DNA of 46,944 nucleotides, taken from NCBI GenBank assembly GCA_002373615.1, contig DFKU01000040.1, positions 1 to 46,944 of the forward strand, in the 5' to 3' direction. Positions 9,621 through 18,781 of the stretch are shown here, piece after piece; position 1 is the first letter of the stretch, and every line of letters begins with the position of its first letter. A program made the translations under genes and the position numbers. The notes below the pieces were generated by a model, which worked only from the letters and a program-made list of their open reading frames with translations, was not told where the DNA came from and did no database searches. This DNA comes from Alphaproteobacteria bacterium UBA3637 (GTDB lineage Bacteria > Pseudomonadota > Alphaproteobacteria > CAAHEQ01 > UBA3637).

Positions 9621-10519
9621 CGGGCCCCCTGAATCAATTTTTCAATTAAATCTTCATAGGACAAATTTTTAAGGCGCGCCATATCAGGCACCAAAGAAGT
9701 CGGTGTCATCCCGGGATTAGTATTGATTTCCAAAAAGACAATCCTGTTTTTATCAAGACGAAAATCACTGCGCGTCACACCTCTGGCGCCCAAGACATTA
9801 TGCATTTTTTCGGCATATTTATAAAGTTTTTTTTCTGTTGACTTTGAAACGGGCGCAGGCAATAAATGTTTGACCGCCCCTGCCTGATACTTATTTTGAA
9901 AATCATACCAACCTTTGTTGGGGACCAATTCCACAACGCCTAACGCTTTCCCATCCAAAACAGCCACAGAAAGTTCACGCCCCGGGATATATTCTTCCAC
10001 CAACAATTTTTTATTTTTTGGCCATTTGACCTTTCTGCAATCAGCTTCCTTTAAGACAAGAGATACACCGATAGAGGATCCTTCATCATTAGGCTTTACC
10101 ACCAAGGGTAATTTCATTTTTTGAAATTCTTCTTTTGTTTTAAGCCCCCCTTTTGCGACAGGAACCTTCACTTGCATCGCCATTTTGCGTGTCATTTCCT
10201 TGTCCATACCGATACTGGACGCCATCACGCCCGAATGGGTATAGGGAATTTTCATCCAGTTTAAAAGCCCTTGGATACAACCGTCTTCGCCCCCCCTTCC
10301 GTGCAAGGCATTAAAAACAATATCAGGTTTAAAACGTTTTAAATCAGCAACGAGTTTGGATAAATCTGCATCAACAATAATGGCTTTTGTTGGGTAGCCC
10401 AAATTTTTTAACGCCCTCACCACCCCTTTACCGGAAAGCAAAGAAATCTCACGTTCAGAGGAAATGCCCCCCATTAAAACAGCCACCTTTAACGTCTTCC
10501 CAGACATTGAACCTCCCAT
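9611..10519 (-). CDS. ddl: D-alanine--D-alanine ligase
   Basis: 302-aa ATP-grasp protein with ALHGRGGEDG and EINTNPGMT motifs. Confidence 0.93.
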   Translation of the reverse strand: MGGSMSGKTLKVAVLMGGISSEREISLLSGKGVVRALKNLGYPTKAIIVDADLSKLVADLKRFKPDIVFNALHGRGGEDGCIQGLLNWMKIPYTHSGVMASSIGMDKEMTRKMAMQVKVPVAKGGLKTKEEFQKMKLPLVVKPNDEGSSIGVSLVLKEADCRKVKWPKNKKLLVEEYIPGRELSVAVLDGKALGVVELVPNKGWYDFQNKYQAGAVKHLLPAPVSKSTEKKLYKYAEKMHNVLGARGVTRSDFRLDKNRIVFLEINTNPGMTPTSLVPDMARLKNLSYEDLIEKLIQGARCD

Positions 10520-11346
10520 TCTAATTTCACCCCTTCTCTTTCAGCAACAATGGCGCGCACTTCTTCCACAAAATCTTCCAGCTCTGTGGCCGTTGCCCCA
10601 TTGTTCACCAAAAAGTTGGCGTGCTTGGCTGACATTTCAGCCTTTCCTTTCTTATACCCCTTTAATCCGGATTTTTCAAGTAAAAAACCAGCTGAAGTGT
10701 TGGGTGGATTTTTGAAAGTGGATCCTGCGGTGCGTACTCCTTGGGGTTGTGTGGCAACGCGTTTCGTGTGATATTCATTCATCAAAAACCTTATTTTATC
10801 TGTATCTTCCTGCCCTTTTGCCCGCAAAACTGCCCCCCAAAAAATCCCCTTTTTTGCCCACGGGGAAGAACGATATCCCCAATCAGAAAAATCAGAGATT
10901 ATTTTTTTATTCCCCTGAAAATCAATAAAAGAAATTTCTTGTAAAAGGTCAGAGAGCTTTCCACCAAACGCACCAGCATTAGAGGCAAGTCCACCGCCCA
11001 AAGTCCCCGGAATTCCTTCCATAAATTCAAAGCCCGTAAGACCTGCGTTGGCAGCCTTACCTGCAATATCCATTAATTTTGTCCCTGCCCCAGCGATGAT
11101 TTTATCCCCTTCAATCGTTATGTTTTGAAGGGATTTTCCCAACTTTAAAACAACACCTGCAATACCACCATCACGAATCAGGACATTACTCCCAGCCCCC
11201 AAAATCGTTATAGGACATTGAGAATTTTTCAAAAAAGAAATGAGGTCTGCTTCACTTTCAACTTCAGCAAAAAAGTCGGCTTTCCCCCCCACACCCAACC
11301 AAGTATGCTTTGATAAATCATAATCGGGGATCAGGTGCAAGGTCAT
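10489..11346 (-). CDS. murB: UDP-N-acetylenolpyruvoylglucosamine reductase
   Basis: 285-aa FAD-binding protein (LGAGSN, GGG) with the GSTFKNP motif, in the expected dcw position. Confidence 0.92.
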   Translation of the reverse strand: MTLHLIPDYDLSKHTWLGVGGKADFFAEVESEADLISFLKNSQCPITILGAGSNVLIRDGGIAGVVLKLGKSLQNITIEGDKIIAGAGTKLMDIAGKAANAGLTGFEFMEGIPGTLGGGLASNAGAFGGKLSDLLQEISFIDFQGNKKIISDFSDWGYRSSPWAKKGIFWGAVLRAKGQEDTDKIRFLMNEYHTKRVATQPQGVRTAGSTFKNPPNTSAGFLLEKSGLKGYKKGKAEMSAKHANFLVNNGATATELEDFVEEVRAIVAEREGVKLEWEVQCLGRR

Positions 11347-12722
11347 TTTTGAAGTGCCTCCAATAACTCAGGAATATGCCCCGAAAGCGAACCGGCATTT
11401 AAGCAGACAACTGTATCCCCTGATTTTGTAAAACGTGCCACATCAAAGGCAAAATCTTTTTCGGTTGTTTTATAAATATTGGGATAAGAGGGCTTCATTT
11501 CGGATACGAATTTATCAGCACTCACGCCCTCAATTGGGGCGTCGCCTGCCGAATAAACATCTGTTACAAACAAAGCATCCACTCCTTCAAAAGCTGTTTT
11601 AAAATCGGCCCATAAATCTTGGAAACGCGTATAACGATGGGGTTGAAACACAGCCACCAAACGCCCAGAAATTTGTTCCTTTAAAGCAGACAAGGTGGCT
11701 TTAATTTCTGTGGGATGGTGCGCATAATCATCATAAACGACCACGCCTTTTTCAGTCCCGCGCAGGGTCAAACGTCTTTGAATTCCCATAAAATCTGCCA
11801 AAGAATTTTTAATAATCTCTGTATCTATTTTCAAAAAAACACCCACCGCAAAAGCCGCCAGCGCATTTAAAATGTTATGTTTTCCCATCAAAGAAATTTT
11901 GACATCAGCTACTTTCTGAAAAGCATCGCCTTCACGTACATAGACATCAAAAACAGAGCCCCCTTGTGCCACACGGATATTGTCCGCATGAATATCTGCT
12001 GTTTTTAAAAAACCATAGGTAAGGACACATCTATTTTTAATTTCAGGTAAAATTTCGCGCACAACAGGGTGATCCACACACACCACACACGCGCCATAAA
12101 ATGCCGTTTGATTCAAAAATGTTTGATAGGCCATTTTTTCACGATCAAAGGTTTTATAATAATCCAAGTGTTCTGGTTCAATATTTGTCACAACAGAAAT
12201 GGTACTGGGCAGTTTCAAAAATGATCCGTCAGATTCGTCCGCTTCTGCCACAATCCAGTCGCCTGAACCCGCCCCTGCATTAGACCCTTTGGCATTTAAA
12301 ATCCCCCCGATAATAAAACTGGGATCCATTTTGGCTGAAACCAGCATATGGGCAATTAAGGAAGAAGTGGTTGTCTTCCCATGCGAACCCGAAATGCTGA
12401 TGCTTTTTTTAAAGCGCATGAGTTCCGCCAACATTTCCGACCGATGTGCCACAGGAATCCCCTGCCTTTGGGCCGCCTGTAATTCCACATTGTCCGGATG
12501 AATAGCGGATGAAATCACAACAGCTTCCACATCTTTTAAATGGCTTTCATCATGCCCGATAAAGACAGGAATATCCTTTGCTTGCAGGCGACGCGTATTC
12601 GCATTTTCCACATTATTGGAACCTTGCACCTCTACCCCAAAAACGGGGAGCATTTCGGCAATAGCACTCATCCCAATGCCACCGATTCCTATAAAGTGAA
12701 TTCTTTTTAAGGGGAAATTCAT
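11343..12722 (-). CDS. murC: UDP-N-acetylmuramate--L-alanine ligase
   Basis: Motifs IHFIGIGGIGMSA and GSHGKTTT; Mur ligase family. Confidence 0.95.
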   Translation of the reverse strand: MNFPLKRIHFIGIGGIGMSAIAEMLPVFGVEVQGSNNVENANTRRLQAKDIPVFIGHDESHLKDVEAVVISSAIHPDNVELQAAQRQGIPVAHRSEMLAELMRFKKSISISGSHGKTTTSSLIAHMLVSAKMDPSFIIGGILNAKGSNAGAGSGDWIVAEADESDGSFLKLPSTISVVTNIEPEHLDYYKTFDREKMAYQTFLNQTAFYGACVVCVDHPVVREILPEIKNRCVLTYGFLKTADIHADNIRVAQGGSVFDVYVREGDAFQKVADVKISLMGKHNILNALAAFAVGVFLKIDTEIIKNSLADFMGIQRRLTLRGTEKGVVVYDDYAHHPTEIKATLSALKEQISGRLVAVFQPHRYTRFQDLWADFKTAFEGVDALFVTDVYSAGDAPIEGVSADKFVSEMKPSYPNIYKTTEKDFAFDVARFTKSGDTVVCLNAGSLSGHIPELLEALQK

Positions 12723-13795
12723 TTTTTAAGTTCCTGTTCAATTAAACGTACCACTTGAGCCGCCACATCAGGATGGCCCATTGAAGCAGCAATTTTGGCA
12801 GCCCCAATCAATTCATCCGGATTCATAATCAATTCCGTCAGGCGTTTAGTAAACCCGTCCACATCAAAGTCTTTTTCTTGAATCAACCAACCGGCCCCGG
12901 CTTCCGCAAACTGACGTGCATTTTCAAATTGATGGTTATCTGCTGAGGTGGGCAGAGGTACATAAATTCCAGGACGTCCGATGACTGCCAATTCGGCCAA
13001 AGTGGAAGAACCTGCCCGCCCAATCACGAGGTTTGATTTTTCAATCAGCTCGGGCATATTGTCAAAAAAGGATTGAACCGTGGTCGCATAAAAACCTGCA
13101 TCTTGATACATTTTTTGCAAATCATCCACATCTTCGGGGCGAGCTTGCTGAGTGATTTTCATGTTCGCCCGAATTTCATTGGGCAATTGTAATAAGGATT
13201 TGGGTAATTCATGACTTAAAAAACGTGCCCCTTGACTACCCCCGAAAACCAACAAATGAAAGACTGAATCCATAGGATACGGACTGTTCGCTTTTTCCTG
13301 AATGGCAGGGCGCACCGGTTGTCCCACCAAGAAAGTGGAAATTCCCGTTGGTACGCGTTTGGTTTCGGCAAAGGCAGTTGCCACAAATTTGACCCGTGGT
13401 GCCAATAATCGATTCGCCCGCCCCAACACTGCATTTTGTTCATGCACAGCGGTTGGAATACGCAAAAATTGCGCTGCCAATACTGCAGGCAAAGAAGCAT
13501 ACCCCCCCACGCCAATCACTAAATCCGGCTTTTGTTTCATCATGAAAAAAGCGGATTGATACATCCCCAACAACAATTTGAAGGCAGACTTCATTTTGCC
13601 CACAAAACTTTGTCCCGTGACGGAAGCCGCTGAAATAATATGAGTGGGAATTTCGGTGAGCTTCCTGTATTCTGCCCCACGCTTATCTGTGATAAACAAA
13701 ACTTCATATCCTACATCTTTCAGCCCTTTGGCAATGGATTCTGCCGGGAAAATATGTCCCCCCGTTCCCCCTGTTGTAATAACAATTTTTTTCAT
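12719..13795 (-). CDS. murG: undecaprenyl-PP-MurNAc-pentapeptide GlcNAc transferase
   Basis: GGTGGHIFPA motif; 358 aa. Confidence 0.95.
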   Translation of the reverse strand: MKKIVITTGGTGGHIFPAESIAKGLKDVGYEVLFITDKRGAEYRKLTEIPTHIISAASVTGQSFVGKMKSAFKLLLGMYQSAFFMMKQKPDLVIGVGGYASLPAVLAAQFLRIPTAVHEQNAVLGRANRLLAPRVKFVATAFAETKRVPTGISTFLVGQPVRPAIQEKANSPYPMDSVFHLLVFGGSQGARFLSHELPKSLLQLPNEIRANMKITQQARPEDVDDLQKMYQDAGFYATTVQSFFDNMPELIEKSNLVIGRAGSSTLAELAVIGRPGIYVPLPTSADNHQFENARQFAEAGAGWLIQEKDFDVDGFTKRLTELIMNPDELIGAAKIAASMGHPDVAAQVVRLIEQELKK

Positions 13796-14913
13796 TCTAA
13801 ACCTCGACTAAATGTATGTCCGTGTGTCAGACTTAAAATTAAACCAAAGGCGAACGCCACCGACACCAATGACGATCCGCCATACGAAATAAAAGGCAAA
13901 GTCATCCCCTTTGTGGGAATTAAATTTAAAGTAGATGAGATATTGACCAATGATTGAAAGGTAATTTGCGCCAATAATCCCCCTGTTGCAATTTGGGAAA
14001 AGAGATTATTTTCAGAGCGAATCAACTTTGTCACACGCCATACCAAAAAGGCAAAAATCAAAATCACAAAAGCCGTAATTAAAAAGCCAAACTCTTCCGC
14101 CGATACAGCCATAATAAAATCTGTGTGCGCATCGGGAAGTTCATATTTGACCACGCCTTCCCCCGGGCCTTTCCCGAACCAACCGGCACTTTTAAGGGTT
14201 GCCATAGATTTTTCCACTTGATAGGGCAATCCTTCCTCATGATTAAAGAAATTTAAAATACGAGTACGAACGTGCTCTAAAAATAAAAATGCCATGCCGA
14301 CAGCGCCAGCCCCTGCTGCCACCAAAAAGCCCACCACCCATTTTGGAATGCCTGATAAGAAAAGTTCCACTGCAAAAATCACCCCAATGGTGAGCAGCAT
14401 GCCAAAATCAGGTTGACACCATAATAAAAAGCAAATGAGGCCTGCTAAAATAAACGCAATCAAGCGCCCATAGGTATGTTGAATCAAACGCCCCTTGGCC
14501 AAGAGCCAACCGCACACCACAGCAAAGGCGGGCTTCACAAACTCAGACGGTTGAATACTGATACCGAACAGGGAAATCCAACGCCGCGCGCCTTTTACTT
14601 GGGGCCCCACAAAGACCAAAAGCATGCCAATAATTCCAACGATTAAAACTACATAACACAACCTGCGTGCCCATTGAATAGGAAGCAGAGCTACCCCCAA
14701 TAAAGTGACAATCGCAATAGGGACAAAAACCAAATGTTTAATAATAAAATAGGTCCAAGTAAAGTGATTGCGCAAAGCCACTGCAGGACTGGCCGCCAAA
14801 GTCAAAAACACGCCACAGAACAATAACAAAAAAGCGGCATACATCACATCCCTGTCCAGACTCCGACTTTGTTCAATGATCAGCTTTTTCAAATTATTCC
14901 ATAGGCGTTTCAT
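13792..14913 (-). CDS. ftsW: peptidoglycan glycosyltransferase / lipid II flippase FtsW
   Basis: Polytopic SEDS-family protein. I moved the start to the ATG at 14913 (MKRLWNN...), which lies 2 nt after the mraY stop. The longer ORF-track start at 14973 would overlap mraY. Confidence 0.9.
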   Translation of the reverse strand: MKRLWNNLKKLIIEQSRSLDRDVMYAAFLLLFCGVFLTLAASPAVALRNHFTWTYFIIKHLVFVPIAIVTLLGVALLPIQWARRLCYVVLIVGIIGMLLVFVGPQVKGARRWISLFGISIQPSEFVKPAFAVVCGWLLAKGRLIQHTYGRLIAFILAGLICFLLWCQPDFGMLLTIGVIFAVELFLSGIPKWVVGFLVAAGAGAVGMAFLFLEHVRTRILNFFNHEEGLPYQVEKSMATLKSAGWFGKGPGEGVVKYELPDAHTDFIMAVSAEEFGFLITAFVILIFAFLVWRVTKLIRSENNLFSQIATGGLLAQITFQSLVNISSTLNLIPTKGMTLPFISYGGSSLVSVAFAFGLILSLTHGHTFSRGLE

Positions 14914-14915
14914 TT

Positions 14916-15992
14916 TTACCTCAATTTTAAAGTAGCTACAGCGGCCAATGCCAGCAAAATGGACATAATCCAAAAGCGCACCACAACGGTTGTTTCACTC
15001 CATCCCAATTTTTCAAAATGGTGATGAATGGGCGCCATCAAAAAGACGCGTTTTTTTCTGAGTTTATAGGATCCCACTTGAATCATTACAGACAGAGCTT
15101 CCACCACAAAAATGAGCCCTGAAATCGCGAGCAGAATTTCATGCTTTGTGGCCACCGCAATGGCGCCTAAAAATCCCCCTAAAGCCAAAGAGCCTGTATC
15201 CCCCATAAAAACTTGTGCCGGATGCGCATTATACCATAAAAAACCCAAGGTGGCACCGACCAGTGCGCCCCCCATCACGGTCATTTCACCGGCGTCCTTG
15301 ATATAGTGAATTTGCAAGTAGCTGGCATAATCCACACGTCCCACCAGGTAAGCAATCACCATAAACACCAAGGTGGACATAATGACAGGCAGACTGACCA
15401 ATCCATCCAAACCGTCTGTCAAATTGACTGCGTTGGATGCCCCTACAATCACAATCAATACAAAGGGGATATAGAAAAAGCTCATATCAATAAAGAAATT
15501 TTTGAAAAAGGGAACGGTCAAAATCGTGCCCATGGTTCCCGTCAGATAGATCAAAGCCAGACACACCACCCCTGCAATTGTAAATTGCCAAAACAGTTTT
15601 TGACGGGCGGAAATCCCATCGCTGGAATGCTTGGTAAGCTTGGTGTAATCATCCACAAATCCAGTAAGTCCCATGCCCAAAAAGGCAAACAAAAGCACCC
15701 ATATATAGGGATTCATCAAATTTGCCCATAAAAGGGTCGCGATTGTCCCCGTGATTAAAATCATCAAGCCCCCCAAAGTGGGTGTCCCCCTTTTGGCCAA
15801 ATGCGTTTCTGGACCACAGGTACGAATAGGCTGCGCCGCTTGTTTTGACTTCAACCATTGAATCAAGCGAGGCATAAAAATCAGCGTCAAGACAAAGGCC
15901 GTCAACAAAGCCGCCCCCGTTCGGAAAGTCAGATAACGAAATAGATTGAGTGCCCCAAAACTTTCTTTAAAAAACGATAACCAATAAAGCAT
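14916..15992 (-). CDS. mraY: phospho-N-acetylmuramoyl-pentapeptide transferase
   Basis: 358-aa polytopic protein with NAVNLTDGLDGL and MGDTGSLALGG motifs. Confidence 0.96.
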   Translation of the reverse strand: MLYWLSFFKESFGALNLFRYLTFRTGAALLTAFVLTLIFMPRLIQWLKSKQAAQPIRTCGPETHLAKRGTPTLGGLMILITGTIATLLWANLMNPYIWVLLFAFLGMGLTGFVDDYTKLTKHSSDGISARQKLFWQFTIAGVVCLALIYLTGTMGTILTVPFFKNFFIDMSFFYIPFVLIVIVGASNAVNLTDGLDGLVSLPVIMSTLVFMVIAYLVGRVDYASYLQIHYIKDAGEMTVMGGALVGATLGFLWYNAHPAQVFMGDTGSLALGGFLGAIAVATKHEILLAISGLIFVVEALSVMIQVGSYKLRKKRVFLMAPIHHHFEKLGWSETTVVVRFWIMSILLALAAVATLKLR

Positions 15993-18779
15993 TTACTTTG
16001 CCCCTTTCAATAATTCAACCAAACGCCATAGACCTGTTCCATGGGATGATTTCACCAAAACAACATCCCCCGTTTGCAGAATATTTGTTATGATTTCCAT
16101 CAATTCTTCCGGTGTCTTTGCCCACCCTTGTTGGATTTCTTTGGGAAGTGTTTCCAGCATTTTTTGCATGAAAATTCCTGTAGCAAAAACCCCTTGAATA
16201 TTATTGTGTGCTAAAACAGCGCTCAAGTCAAGATGATTTTTTAAAGATTCCTCCCCTAATTCCAACATATCTCCCAAAACAGCAATTTTTCGGCCTTGAT
16301 ACAGACCCAACATATTAATGGCGGCCGTCATTGAGCCCGGGTTCGCATTATAGGCGTCATCAATTAAAGTTATTTTTTTCCCATTGATAATGATTTCTTG
16401 CGCTTGACCACGTCCCGCCATAGGTGTCAAATTTTCCAACGTTTGAATGGCCAAAGGAACACTGGCACCAACCGAATCAATGACACCCAATACCCCCATG
16501 GCATCCAAAGCATAATGTTCGCCGATAAAGTGCATGGAAAAGTCACCCCTTTCCCCCATCATATCGGCTTTCACAAATTGCTTTTTATCATGGATAGAAA
16601 CATTTTTTAATTGGTAATCTGCTTTATCAGATTTACCAAATTTAATGATTTTATGAATGTTTTCTGAGACAGCAAAATCTGCCAAAATTTGTGCTCCCAA
16701 CGTATCTGCATTTAAAACAGCAACCCCGTTTTTATTTTGAAAATCAAAGATATGTGCTTTTTCGGCAGCAGTGACTTCAGGTGTTTTGAAAAATTCTTGG
16801 TGTGCCGGTTGAACATTCGTGATAATGCTGACATCAGGGCGCACCAAATCCGACAGCTCATGCATTTCACCCACGTGACTGATGCCCATTTCAATCACAG
16901 CATATTCGGAATTTGCCGGCATATTGGCCAAAGTATAAGGCACCCCCAAATTACTGTTTAAATTCGCCCGTGTAATATAGGTTTTGCCCTGGGCAGACAA
17001 ACAAGCCCCCAACATTTCTTTCACGGTGGTTTTTCCGGAACTGCCCGTTACCCCTATCACTTGAGCGGTCGTACGCATGCGGGCAAAACGGGCCAGTGCC
17101 AGCAAGGCTTCTTGAGTATCCAAGACAACAATTTGCTTTTCTATCGGGATATCCGCCAAGGGATGATTGACGACACAAGCCGCCGCCCCGGCTTCCACAG
17201 CCGCTTTCACAAATTCGTGACCATCCCGTGCGCCCCCCGTCAAAGCAATAAATAAATCCCCAATTTTGACTTCTTTGGAATTAAAGGTTACCCCATGGGC
17301 ATTGATAAATTCGGGCACTTCCACCCCCAGCGCCATTTGTAATTCTGATGCCTTCCATAAAGGCCTTTCGGTTAAATTTTTAAGCATAAGTTGTACCTCA
17401 ATTCTATCGTTAAACGGATATTCGGTGGGGCCGATTTTTTGTGTCGCTTCATGTCCTTTACCGGCCAACACCAAAACATCCCCTTTTTCGGCTGTGGCTA
17501 TCGCATGACGAATGGCCTCAAAACGCGTTTTTTCTTCTATCCCTTTGGGACAAGCTGCCAAAATTTCCGACCGAATTGTGGCAGGATTTTCTGACCTTGG
17601 GTTATCGTCCGTCACATAAACCACATCAGCCAACCGATTCGCAATTGCTCCCATCTGGGGACGTTTTCCTTTATCCCGATCCCCCCCACATCCAAACAGA
17701 CACATCAGGCGATTTTGGGTGTGTAAGCGCAGCGACTTTAAAACATGTTCCAGTCCATCCGGCGTATGGGCATAATCCACGAACACAAGCGCCCCTTTGG
17801 GCGTTTTCCCCATCAATTCCAATCGTCCTGCTGGGGCTTTTAATTGGGGTAAAAACCGAATAAGTTCTTCCCATTTTGCCCCCAGCGCATGACAAAGTCC
17901 CATCGCCGCCATTAAATTCATTCCTTGGAAATCCCCAAAGATGGGAACTTCAATTTCATATTCTTTTCCCAAAATTTCTAAGGTCAATTTTTGACCCTTT
18001 TCGGTGGGTTCTTGATTTTTTAATTTTAAAGTTTCCCCGTTTTTTCCATAGGAAACAATTTGTTCTCCACGGGATTCAGCCAATTTTTTCAGATCAAAAT
18101 ATTCGGGGATATCGGCATTTAAAACAGCTGTATCCCCCGCCCTTAAAATTTCAGAAAAGAGATTCTGTTTAGCCTGAAAATAATTTTCAAAAGTTTTATG
18201 ATAATCCATGTGATCGCGGGTTAAATTGGTAAAGGCCCCTGCTGCTAATTTTTGGCCCACCAAACGTCCTTGATCCAGCCCATGACTGGAAGCTTCCATC
18301 GCCACCACTTGAACGCCTTGCATCTCTAATTTTGCCAAAGTTTGGGCAAGTTCCTTGGGGGGTAAAGTTGTCATACCGCCATCAATATGTCCATCAGACC
18401 CGTCAATACCAATCGTACCCAAACTCACCGCTTTCACGCCCAATAAATTCATCAGTTGTTGCACAAAATATACAGTAGACGTTTTGCCATTGGTCCCCGT
18501 TACCGCCACTTTTTTTATGCTTTCAGAAGGCCATAAAAGGGCGCAAACACGTGCCAATTCGCGCCGCACATCCTTTACCACACGCACAGGAACATCACAC
18601 TTTATTTCGTGGTTGGCCACAATGGCTGAAGCCCCACGCTCAATCGCCTGTGGAATAAAATCAGCGCCATCCGCCTTGGTTCCTTTGATGGCAAAAAAGG
18701 CACAGGCTTTTGTCACCTTGTCAGCACATTCGGTGACATCCGTAATTTTATTTTCATCTAACCAATTTTTTAAGTCCAT
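15993..18779 (-). CDS. murEF: fused MurE-MurF (UDP-MurNAc-tripeptide synthetase and UDP-MurNAc-pentapeptide synthetase in one ORF)
   Basis: Single 928-aa ORF. The N-terminal half has VTGTNGKTST and DDNPRSENP (MurE). The C-terminal half has VTGSSGKTTVKE and NLNSNLGVPYTL (MurF). No stop codon or frameshift separates the halves. Confidence 0.88.
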   Translation of the reverse strand: MDLKNWLDENKITDVTECADKVTKACAFFAIKGTKADGADFIPQAIERGASAIVANHEIKCDVPVRVVKDVRRELARVCALLWPSESIKKVAVTGTNGKTSTVYFVQQLMNLLGVKAVSLGTIGIDGSDGHIDGGMTTLPPKELAQTLAKLEMQGVQVVAMEASSHGLDQGRLVGQKLAAGAFTNLTRDHMDYHKTFENYFQAKQNLFSEILRAGDTAVLNADIPEYFDLKKLAESRGEQIVSYGKNGETLKLKNQEPTEKGQKLTLEILGKEYEIEVPIFGDFQGMNLMAAMGLCHALGAKWEELIRFLPQLKAPAGRLELMGKTPKGALVFVDYAHTPDGLEHVLKSLRLHTQNRLMCLFGCGGDRDKGKRPQMGAIANRLADVVYVTDDNPRSENPATIRSEILAACPKGIEEKTRFEAIRHAIATAEKGDVLVLAGKGHEATQKIGPTEYPFNDRIEVQLMLKNLTERPLWKASELQMALGVEVPEFINAHGVTFNSKEVKIGDLFIALTGGARDGHEFVKAAVEAGAAACVVNHPLADIPIEKQIVVLDTQEALLALARFARMRTTAQVIGVTGSSGKTTVKEMLGACLSAQGKTYITRANLNSNLGVPYTLANMPANSEYAVIEMGISHVGEMHELSDLVRPDVSIITNVQPAHQEFFKTPEVTAAEKAHIFDFQNKNGVAVLNADTLGAQILADFAVSENIHKIIKFGKSDKADYQLKNVSIHDKKQFVKADMMGERGDFSMHFIGEHYALDAMGVLGVIDSVGASVPLAIQTLENLTPMAGRGQAQEIIINGKKITLIDDAYNANPGSMTAAINMLGLYQGRKIAVLGDMLELGEESLKNHLDLSAVLAHNNIQGVFATGIFMQKMLETLPKEIQQGWAKTPEELMEIITNILQTGDVVLVKSSHGTGLWRLVELLKGAK

Positions 18780-18781
18780 AT

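Noticed and set aside
15306-15731. 141-aa ORF antisense to mraY, and similar ORFs at 17441-17863 and 18355-18798 antisense to murEF
   Set aside because: They lie entirely within strongly supported dcw genes. They have no RBS and no recognisable motifs.
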